The notes below the pieces were generated by a model that did not search any database, was not told the DNA's origin, and saw only the letters and a program-made list of their open reading frames with translations. Both the position numbers and the translations under genes were made by a program. Of a DNA stretch of 64,000 bases, positions 50,540 through 61,288 are shown piece by piece. How positions within the stretch are numbered: the stretch's first letter is position 1; each line of letters starts with the position of its first letter. Source of the stretch: Oculina patagonica (taxonomy: Eukaryota); the NCBI RefSeq assembly GCF_052425735.1, contig NC_135765.1:33356001-33420000 (forward strand). Direction: 5' to 3'.

Positions 50540-50676
50540 GGGGGAATTTCAATATCGAAAAAAATTCGAAAAATGAACCGAATGATTCATTAACATTTCC
50601 TTATTTAGCCTTATTTTGAATATAGATGCTAGGGGAAAAATAAAACTGAAAGTGGGCAGAATTCGGGAAAAACCCC
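50540..50676. promoter_or_regulatory. NF-kB-like and IRF-like sites upstream of copy C
   Basis: GGGGGAATTTC (50540), AAACTGAAAGT (50643) and GGGAAAAACCCC (50665). Confidence 0.5.
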
Positions 50677-50864
50677 TTATCCGGACTTCCGCCCATTGTT
50701 CTAAGCAAACAACAGTACTCCAATTACCATAAGATATATATGACCAAGGCTGAAGGGGGCACTCCAAACTCGAACAGGAAGAGGTTGGAATCACCGCGCG
50801 TTCACTCGCTAAAGAGATACAGCGTTTTTCCCTTGTCAGTTGATCGCAGTAAGCTTCTTCGGAA

Positions 50865-52451
50865 ATGGGAAATTCTAAGTCAAAAAACAATTATTGTCAA
50901 CCTCAACAAAAGCCACCGACATCTTCAGGCTTTATGGGAAGAGGAAGGATGACACAGGTATGAAAACAGCCGCTGCAACTTTTTTGAGGAGGGGTGAATC
51001 CAGGTTCGCGAATCGGCGGATTTAGCTTCAAAAAGCGCACGGTTTATGGTCTTTGCGTTAAATTGAGCTTATTCGCGGAATTTGAGGACCGCGGATAGCT
51101 AAGAATTTTCTCCTGGATTCTGGTCTCTATCTGTTTGATGTTCGGATTGTGGATCGTGAACGAAGTTTGATTTTCTAAACTTAGGTCGTCTTAGCCTGCG
51201 TAGCTGGCGGTATTGTTTGGTTTTAATCACGGCTGCGGAGCTCGTTGTCGCGGCTTCACCGCTTGCTTGTGCGCACTTTAAAACCCAAAAATACCGCCAG
51301 CTACGCAGGCTAAGGTAGTCCTTGGTCGGTACTTTGGCGATTTGTTTATTCGTATTTCGGACGAAACTTCAACTGCAATCTTTGACCTTAAGCTTTTTAC
51401 TTGAACAAAATGACGGAATGCTTCATGCACTGAAAACGGGAAAATGCACGGCAGGTATGGGCTATTGGAGCTTATGATTGCTATTTAGAATTACAATCGT
51501 TCAAGATCTTTTCACAGAGATAGCTGAGTAGCAGGGGCTTGTCACGCAGTCTTGCCAGCCAAAACAAATTTGCAGTGATAGAAGCTGGGTCCTCCCTTGC
51601 TAAAAAGTAGGGGGAGTCAGTTAGGTATGGGAGAAAAACAGGCCCGAAGAGAGAAAGCACAATGAAAGCCAATTTGACAAAAGATATCTGCATAAAACAC
51701 AAATTTTACAAAAAAAAACAAAATCGACCACAGGGAGTAAAATAAACCGGCAAAACATGTAAAAAACTTTTCCGTTGTCGGCTATTAAAAAAGTTCCTGG
51801 TAAGAAATCGACTTGTAATTTTCACTTGTAGTTTTCCTGCGCAGACATTCCTTTGGGTCGTCACACAATCTTTTTTAGATTGTCACGCAATCTTTTCTCG
51901 TACGCAATCTTTTCAAGATTTTTAGATTGTGTGACGAGCCAAAATAATGTCTGCGTTGAAGGCTAGCTAGTTGTCTGTCTCAATCATTTTATTTAATTCC
52001 TTTAATTTTCCTTTTTCACTTTCAGCATTACGATAGTGACGTAAAAATCTATGTGGACGAAATCACGGCTCCAGTTCTTGGAAGAGAACTTATAAAAAGA
52101 TGCGGAAACGAAGGGCAGCACCCCTTCCTAAACCGTACTGGCCGGAAAACTCTGCGATTTTTGCGTGCAGCAATTTCCTTCATCCCTGATGCTCAAAACG
52201 ATGGAGGCGACATGTGCAATGCTGCCTTTATTCTGTCGCAGCCTGGGCAAGAGTTCCTGATTCAGGCGGGAGATGGCGACTGGGAGTTTTTCTTCGCAGA
52301 GGAAGCAAACGGTCAGATTTATGGTCGTTGTGTCCGTAAACCGTTACTCCGCTACATGTGGGATGGTGTGAAGTCTGCTGTTCGTTGTATTGGGGGCCGA
52401 TTGTTCTCCGTCGCTGCACCTGTTTCTCGTTTTGCCTTGCTGTGGTATTAG
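50865..52451 (+). CDS. Uncharacterised 172-aa protein, copy C; exons 50865-50957 and 52026-52451
   Basis: Exon 1 MGNSKSKNNYCQPQQKPPTSSGFMGRGRMTQ|gtatga; acceptor ttttcactttcag|CAT; exon 2 HYDSDVKIYVDEITAPVLG...RFALLWY*. Intron and 3' flank are shared with copy B (tandem duplicate). Confidence 0.88.
51192..51312. mobile_element. Hairpin MITE in the intron of copy C
   Basis: tagcctgcgtagctggcggtatt ... aataccgccagctacgcaggcta. Confidence 0.65.
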
Positions 52452-54073
52452 TGGTACTTCTAATAACTATGTTCTGATGATATCCGATGAAACTTGTCAT
52501 TTTTGTCTCACACAACGGAACAAACACGTAAACCGAGTATAGAAAAGCTAATTCCTCCAGAGGTTGTAGTAGGGGTCAGTTTCGATCCATTTATCCGGAC
52601 CCATTAGTTGGCACAGCCTAGCCTTGAATATATGTGCTTTTTTAACTGTCAGAAGTATGTATCTTACGTAATGTTTCGCTGTGTCAGTTCTGCCCACTTT
52701 TTAAATGGTTCTTGTATTTAACTTCAACTTTGCTTCTAACAAACTTGTAGGAATACATTTTCTGTAAAGTTTGGATCGTTTCCTCTGTATTTGTTGACGC
52801 TAGACTCTTAAAGTTTGACTACGAAACGTAACTTAGTTGTACATGTTGTTTCATGCCCATGCAGCTGAAAGCAGCTAAGCAACTTCTTTGTTGTTCGTTC
52901 TTTTATTCTAGTACGCGCTTAAATGTGCGTCTGATTTCTTTACTTTGAGCCAGGAGCGATTTAAACTAGACTTAACACACGAAGCAATGTGCTTTAATTA
53001 TAAACTGACGTAAATTTTAGAGGTTGACGAATGGCGAGCAGTTAAGAAATCACACATACTTTGACAATTCAAGAAGACATGTAAACAGTCGTTATGAAAT
53101 AAACCGATGCATTGAAAACAAAACGGTTTTTTTTTTTTGCTTTAATCTTATAAATATTTGAGGGCCAAGAAATGCACTTCCTACCAAAAACATTAACAGC
53201 AAAGTAGGTATTATACTAGTACTGTTAAAAACTTACAATTTAAATTCCTAGTAGTACAAATTTTAAGGCAACAAAAGCCGGAATTCGAAGTGGTGTTGCA
53301 TTTTGCGTTTCCCACTGCGAACTGCTGATTCTTGAACAGAAGGTGCTAAGCATGACGAGCAACCATGATACAGACAGCTGGGGGCTTCAATGAAAACCTT
53401 TCAGGGAAATTTTTCTTTTCTTAACTTTTCACTTGAATAAACCCTTAAAATACTTAAATGTATCGAATTGTTCGGTAGGTCCGTTCGAGACATGTTGAAA
53501 GGTCCTTTTAAATACCGAAATGACAGTTTACCCCGATATCCCCATGCCCACTTCGGGCGGAGACTCCCTGTCAGTCCACAATAGGGAGTCCCCCCGGGTC
53601 TCGAAGCTAAATAACACAAACATTTTTTTTTTCTTTCCGAGTAAAATGATAGTTACTCTAAAGAGAAATTTTTCCTTTGAAGGCGTCTTAACACCGCGTC
53701 TTGAAAAACCAATAAAATATACCTGAGTTTTTGCGCACAAACAGGATATTAAAAGTGAAACAATTTCCTGAAATAGTTTTTAATTCTAGACTCTAAGTTA
53801 TTCTGGCATTCTATACTGTTTGCACAGTATGGCAGTCTGATCTAAAATTGGCCTGTAGTTAATGGCATAATTTCAAAAGGCATAATTTCATTTTCCCTCC
53901 CGGGGCGGGAATTTATCATTTTGTGTAAACAAAACATTTGCCAGTGAGAACTCAAGTAAAACAAAATATAAAGGAAAACGTATACTAGGCGGATAGGATT
54001 TACAATTGAATTCGCTTAATTGTGTTTGCCGATCAGTCTGGCATGTAGTTTGTTTACGTTTTGTATTTTGTTA

Positions 54074-54598
54074 CCTTATTCTTACTCATTTTCGCGAGTA
54101 CTAATTTTCGCGAGTACTCAGTATTTTCGCGATTTCAAATAATCGCGAAATTTAGTACGCGCGAAAAAAGCATTGCACGAAATTTAAACACGCGGAAATT
54201 AGTACCATATTTTATATCAAAACAATAAAAATTTGGAATATTTGGAACTGCACCTATCTACCTTTAAAAACATCTCTCCATCTTGTTTTTGACTAGCACC
54301 CTTCCTCTGATTACTGTTTCGAGCTTGTACATTGGTTCAAAACCTCTTAAGTACAGTCACTAAAGTTTCCGTTTGCAGACTCCTTGTTGTTACATTGAGA
54401 CAGACCTTTGTGTATTTCCAGTGGTTTCTTATAATATTAGTCTTTGACAACTGATCCATAAAAACACTGACAAAATCGCGAAATTTAATACACTTTTCCT
54501 CTATTTTTTTTTTTGCAATCGCGAAAATTAATACTCGCGAAATTCGCTTCTCGAATTTTCGCGAAATTTAGTACGCGCGAAACTTAGTAAGAATAAGG
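54074..54598. mobile_element. Uninterrupted copy of the same MITE, duplicated with the B/C gene unit
   Basis: Same TIRs, TA flanks and flanking sequence as 42755-48624. Confidence 0.75.
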
Positions 54599-54647
54599 TA
54601 CTATGTTTTTTTAACCTATAGAATGAAAACCTTCGAACTGGCCCACT

Positions 54648-55147
54648 NNNNNNNNNNNNNNNNNNNNNNNNNNNNNNNNNNNNNNNNNNNNNNNNNNNNN
54701 NNNNNNNNNNNNNNNNNNNNNNNNNNNNNNNNNNNNNNNNNNNNNNNNNNNNNNNNNNNNNNNNNNNNNNNNNNNNNNNNNNNNNNNNNNNNNNNNNNNN
54801 NNNNNNNNNNNNNNNNNNNNNNNNNNNNNNNNNNNNNNNNNNNNNNNNNNNNNNNNNNNNNNNNNNNNNNNNNNNNNNNNNNNNNNNNNNNNNNNNNNNN
54901 NNNNNNNNNNNNNNNNNNNNNNNNNNNNNNNNNNNNNNNNNNNNNNNNNNNNNNNNNNNNNNNNNNNNNNNNNNNNNNNNNNNNNNNNNNNNNNNNNNNN
55001 NNNNNNNNNNNNNNNNNNNNNNNNNNNNNNNNNNNNNNNNNNNNNNNNNNNNNNNNNNNNNNNNNNNNNNNNNNNNNNNNNNNNNNNNNNNNNNNNNNNN
55101 NNNNNNNNNNNNNNNNNNNNNNNNNNNNNNNNNNNNNNNNNNNNNNN
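54648..55147. other. Assembly gap (500 N)
   Basis: N run. Confidence 1.
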
Positions 55148-56074
55148 CACGAAAAAAGTTGTTTTACTTGTTTATATGTCACGTTATAAAAGGTGTATTT
55201 TTATTGAGAACGAAACATTAAAACAATGCAATGTTAGAGTGGAGAACCGCAAAGAAGTACACCGAAGTGTTTACCATTTTCTCGATTAAACGTCGGACCC
55301 CGATTAAACGCCGGCCTCGTATAAACGCCTGGTCAAAATTGCTATTTTTTAAATAAACGCCGGGGCGTTTGTTCGAGGTCCCGGCGTTTATTTAAGGTCA
55401 AACTAACAAGTAAATATATTCTGTTTGTTACAAATCTTGATTGCAACATAAACTATTCAATCCGTAATAATGCATCTTTGGGAAATAATCGCCTTTGGAT
55501 ACCCAGGGACAGTTTTTCGGGGCAGAACGAAGAGAAAAATCGTCCCGCCTTAACAAACTGCCCCTTGGTCTCGAAGATCGGTAACAATAAATCAATCAGA
55601 AAAATTGGCAGAAAATTGCAGTCCGTTAATAAACGCCGGGCTCCGATTAAACGCCGGCTTTAAATAAACGCCGAGTTCACCAAGCCAAGTTTGAAATAAA
55701 CTCCGGGGCGTTTAATTGAGAAAATACGGTACTTCCCTAGTGGACTCCCCAGTGCTCTTCGATTCAGTTCACGATAAGGCAATAACATCATGATGACGTC
55801 ATCGCCTACAAAGCGAAACCAAACTCAAGGGATTGTGGGTCAAAATAACCAATTTGTTTGGGCAGGAGTCATGGGCTCCTGGTTTGGGAGAGAAAATAGA
55901 AAATATCAAAGCCAGACTGTAAGCTAACTTGCACTCGCAGTCTATTTTTCTCTCGAATTTCAGTCGGTACCACCATTCTGCGTTCGCATTCCTGGGGATA
56001 TAAAAACGCTCGTCGGATATTGAGAAAAAAGACGGACTACAAGTAGACTAAAGCCCACTGGACCTGTACTACTG

Positions 56075-56590
56075 ATGGAGTCAGCAACGGACGGGAAAAG
56101 CCTCGAGAAACCTCCCCTCACATCAAAGTCGGCTGACGGTTCGTTTCGTTCTTTTTCACGGCGATCTCGCGGCACCGCGAGTGTGGAAGAAAAAGTGAGA
56201 AGACGACGGCAAATTCAAGAAAGAACGGAAAAACTTAACAATTGGAGTGAAAACGAACGCAAAATACAACAACAGCTTACGGAGCCAGCAACGAACAGGA
56301 TAAGCCACGAGAAACGTCTTAAATTAGCTGCTTTGGCCTGGGCTTGTACCCTCACACCACCAACAGGCTTTCCCAATGATCAGCATGAGCCACCGTCGGA
56401 TGGTTCGTTTCTGACCGTTTCTCTCTTTTTCATGACGTTCTTGTAAAATTTGCACCGCTTAGCTCCATAAAACACAGCGCTAACATTAAGTTAATTTTTT
56501 CGTTTCATAGACGAGAGCCTGGAAGACAAAGTGAGAAGAAAACGGCGAGAGGCACTGTCTTACAAGTGGGATGAAAACGAAGGCAATTGA
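56075..56590 (+). CDS. Putative two-exon orphan ORF of about 135 aa (exons 56075-56402 and 56511-56590), charged, with an internal repeat
   Basis: Donor GATG|gttcgt, branch-like gctaac and acceptor tttcgtttcatag join in frame. The repeat units are ASVEEKVRRRRQ..NWSENE and ESLEDKVRRKRRE..KWDENE. No homology recognised. Confidence 0.3.
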
Positions 56591-58318
56591 CATGTATTAA
56601 AGATTATAAACTAAAGTAATCGACAGGAGTTTCCGCATATTAACACCATACTAACATACTTAATTATGCATACAACTCTCATTCTATTTACAACTACGGT
56701 TTCGATACCGTTCGCCTGTGAAGAATTATGTGGAAAAATTTGCATGTTTAATTTTAACCACAAAAGTTTGGGGCTGTGCAGAAATCTTTCTCGTGTATAA
56801 ATAAATTAAGTCTCTTGCTTAATTGATGGTAAGAAACTGCTCATTGTGCTCTTGTCACTGGTAACAGAAAACTTCAAGAGTGCTATAGATATCATATCCA
56901 ACCCTTGGTTTGATAGAATACGAAGCCATGAGCCGTGACCTTGGAAAATTCTGCGACATATCGAGACATACATTTTCCTATCTATAGCGTTCTTCAGAGT
57001 CACTCAATATCAGCCAATATCATAGTTTGGATTGGCTAAGTTCTTTTGATTTATAAGAAGTAAAAGATAAATCGAACTGCCGCCGAATTTCTGACCGTTC
57101 GTAACATTGGTTTGTAACTTGCTTTTAATAAAAGATAAAGCTACAGAAAATTAAAATTCAAAATTGAAAACCAGCACTGCACATCCGTAAGTTAACTTTT
57201 TATCCCGGACCGACATTTGAATGCGATCACATGAAGTTTTTCAGCCCGTTTGCCCGGGCCATAAAATCGCAAACGTCTTTTTAAGAAGATTTCTTCTGGA
57301 GGCCGAGCTGTTTACAAATGGAGGAGGAGAACTGAAGGGATCAGGGGGCGGGAAGTCTACGGCATACGGAAAAAAAGAGAGGCCTGAGAGGGGGATGGAA
57401 ATAATGAAACATTTCTCGACATCGGGTACTATGGGTCAGGAGTTGTTTAATCCATGGACCAGTAGAAAGTAGAATATTGCTGGCCTGGTAACTAATTCAA
57501 AGCTCTTCATGTACACATAATGACACACATGACTACAGCATCCAAAGTAATATTTATTCCAATTTGATGTACTTAATACAACACGCGAGCTCCGCGGGGG
57601 GTCGAACTAGTTTGCTGAAGATGATATGGGATACAACAAATAAATCATGGTTTAGCAATTTTTGGCCATGACTTCTATACTGTGGCGGATTTAATTAGAA
57701 ATCAAATAAAAGTGTACTAGTTAACAGTGTAAGGTGAGAAGAAAAATGTGTCCCAAAGCTCAGTAGATACCAATGATCATCCGACACATGGTGTTAAGGG
57801 AGTGGAGGGTGAAACAATGATTTTCCAAAGAGATCTACTCGCTATGATGGTGAAAGCAAAACGGGGATGGATTTCAGCGAGACCAATACTTTGTACTCAC
57901 AAACAGCTACGCTCTTCAACCTGATTAGCTGTTGTGTCGCAAGATAAACCACCACCAGATCGACCAACAGATGTGCGTGAAAACAATAAAAGAGATTCTA
58001 TCCGGCGACACAAATAACATCCTGCCTTGACATGATGTTTGGTTTTATTTCACAATTTCTATACAGTCTTAATAATAACTTGAAGCCCAGAAGAAGTTCA
58101 TGCCATTTAATACACACTGTGCAGCAAGTACTATTTTCAGGATGGAGTTTCCCAGCTAGTGATTTATTTGTAACATGACGTCACCTTCTGACATCAATCT
58201 GACATACAACATTTGGTACGCTCGTGAGTGTTTGCCGTGTATATTGTTTAATAGGCTAGTTGCAAGTTTGAAAATCTTCCCTTTTACTAAAGAGGTTTGT
58301 GAGCCACATTGGTGCTTG

Positions 58319-60655
58319 TTACTCTATTTTTGGTTGCTTGCCAGCAAATTCCAGTAAATTTTCTCCGGTGATGCGATACAACTTCCACTCATCCAGACAC
58401 ACTGCTCCGAGCTTCTCATACAAGTCCCTGGCACTTTTATGCCAATTTAAAACAATTCCATCCACTCTGGCACAACTTTGCTCTACAGCTATCTGAAATT
58501 ATAAAGTAAAATTCACTTTACCTTGTTGGTAAAGGTAAAGTCTGTGTCGGAGCCTAAGTGGCCCATACAGCCGGAGCTTATCCCAGTTTCCGTAGCATTA
58601 AGCGACTGAGAGTATTACTACTCCCCCCTGGATGGGATGCTAGTCCATCGCAGAGTTATCCCCCAGCAGTAAGTTCGCCGGTACCCATTTATACACCTGG
58701 GTGGAGAGAGGCACTGTGAGAGTAAAGTGTCTTGCCCAAGAACACAACGCAGTGCTCCGGCCAGGTCTCGAACCCGAGCCGTTCGACTCAGAGCTGATCG
58801 AGCGCGCTAACCATTAGGCCACCGCGCCTCCCATGGACCCTCATGACCTCTCCCTATTCTTTTCTCTTCTCTCTCTCCTCCCCCTCCTGAATAATTTTTC
58901 ATTATAACGGAAGACAGACATTCATGAAATGAGGCAATGATGATTCAGTTCAAATCTCACAACATCCATCATTTTTCACGACCAAAATCTTGAATGTGAT
59001 GTAAGAAGGTATAAAAGTGGGCTGGGGGGGGGGGTATCAGAGAGTATGGAGGTCATATATCTGCAAATAGGTTTTTATAGATACAGTATTCTCTATGCCA
59101 GTTAAATCGATGAAAAACTCCAACATAATGGGACTGCATTATTAATTCATCAAATAATCAGAAAAAAAATGAAAGGTGAATTCAGTTCTGAAATCACAGT
59201 GATATCAGCATGAAGCGCCCCTGGATGGAATGGAATGGCTTCCATGTCTGGCTACTATGCCTTTATTTCCTTCTGCGATTTTATTTGGTTCACTATCAAT
59301 ACTTCTCCAGAAATTAGAATTAAAGAAATTAAAAAAAATAAAAAGACATAAATTTGATATTTACAATAAAAAGAGACTGAAATTTAACTACATTGTTTAC
59401 AAATAATTTTAACAGTAATTCTAAAGTAAGTTAAGTAGATCATGTGCTACATAAAACACAATTCTCGCATTCATGGTTAATTTTCGGTGAAAAATTGCAG
59501 AGACGGTAAGTTTTAAAAGTTAGTTGAGATTCGATTCCACAGCATAGGTCCCATATATATGTGTTTCCCATAGGTGACAGTATTAAATCTGGGCATGTGG
59601 AAATATATCTATATCCAAAATCTGGGCATGTGGAAATATATCTATATCCTGTAGCCTTCTTTCATAATAAAACCAACATTTTCAAGAGAGACCATAGTTT
59701 ATGTTTTTTCAAGGCTTGAGAGAGCTATGTTTATATACAATCTCCACCTACCACACAAACTCTTTTCAACATCTCTGTGCCAATACCTTTACCTGTTAAC
59801 AAGCAAATCAATATCAAATAGATAACACAAAAATAAACAAATACCAGTATATGTAAAATTAAGGTTCAGCATAAAGTAAATTATTACAGTTCTACATGTA
59901 TACAGGCTTTTAATTTAGAACTACATAAATCAACTTCTTATTGTTACTTATTTTCGCGGGACTTTAATTTTCGCGATTCTCGCGATTTTCAGAAAATTGC
60001 GAAATTAAAGTCCCGCGAAAAACGGTTCTCGCGAAAAATAAAGTCGCGAACTTTAAACCCTTCAATAAAGTTCGTTACAATTAATCAACGTTTCGGTCAT
60101 TTTCTACAAAAATTTTTCTTGGTCCTTTTGGTCAGTTTTCTGCAAAATTATCTTGGTTCAGTCGTCAAACTAGCTCTACTTTATGTTAACTAGCTCTACT
60201 TTGTTACAGAGGAACATGCCAAACTGTTTTAAGTGTTGTGTCAATTTTGAGACTTACTGATTGTTATTGCAGACCAGTATTTTGACAATTTTCGTGACAT
60301 TTAGCCCCTTTAAATGCATTTTTTTGGCCAAAGCTCAAAATGTGAGTCCCATGAAATATGCCCGTTCCATTTTCGCGAAATTAAGTTTCCGCAAAAATAA
60401 GTAGCAAAAGGTAATTTAATTTCAAATTGATACAAATCGGTTCTGTTGTTTACACTGTACCTCTATAAGTTGGATCGACATAAAGGTCTTCCAATTGTAG
60501 GGACCGCCCATCCCACGTAGAATAGGTGTAAAAATATGATACAAAACCAATTGCCTTTTTCTTTGGTAAACAATTATTTTCGTCAGTGAAACATAGCTCC
60601 TCTGTTATTAGGCATCCAAACCACGGCTTCTCTCCAAATCCGTCCCTAAGCATTT
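58319..60655 (-). CDS. Second, essentially identical copy of the divergent SAT paralog, exons 3-5 (60655-60461, 59792-59752, 58492-58319); exons 1-2 not in the window
   Basis: Lies in the near-identical duplicate of 15968-22113; same translation. Confidence 0.8.
58522..58832 (-). mobile_element. tRNA-derived SINE (duplicate of 19345-19655)
   Basis: Same sequence within the duplicated block. Confidence 0.75.
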
Positions 60656-61288
60656 CTGCAAGATACCGCAACAGATTTGATTTAGCACGTTCCTTTCAAC
60701 AAGCGTCCCCTACCCAATGGCCAGTGCCTCTTGGGTATCGTTTTTTTTTTTCAATAAGTGCTCTTATTCCCTATAAGCATCCCCATCACAAAAGAGGCAT
60801 TCGAGATATTTTAATATCTAAAAAACAGTCAAGTGAATTTTTTAGTGACTACAAAATTTACTTGACTGTTAAATATCAACTCTCCCATCTCGGGGGCGGG
60901 GAGGGGGGGGGGAGAAGGGGGGTTCAGGGTAGCAAAAGGGTTATGCGTGTCATGTGATTTGACAAAAAAAAAACGCGTGACACGTGAAAACAGCTCAAAT
61001 CAGGCCGTGTTCCGTGAATTTCCCGTCCAGAATGTCTTTCGTTCGATTTGCTAACTTTTACGACCGTTATTCATGATTCATGCTAAAATGTTCGTGTATA
61101 ATTTATGGTAGTAAACCGAAATTGACAAACGACACGAATCATGAAGACAAAGATTGTTCTTGTGTGGAGGACAGGTTTTTCTCGGCTCGAATTATGGGGT
61201 TTAGGACTTTTTTTATACACTGAGTTTGCCTGAGAGTTCACGTCTCGCTACTTAGCTGTTACTAGGCTTTTGAAAGGTAATATATATA

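Larger units (their letters stand above)
55148..61284 (+). repeat. Near-identical direct duplicate of 15967-22113
   Basis: The only differences I saw are a 4-nt indel, homopolymer lengths and a couple of SNPs over ~6.1 kb; both copies abut assembly gaps. Confidence 0.95.
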
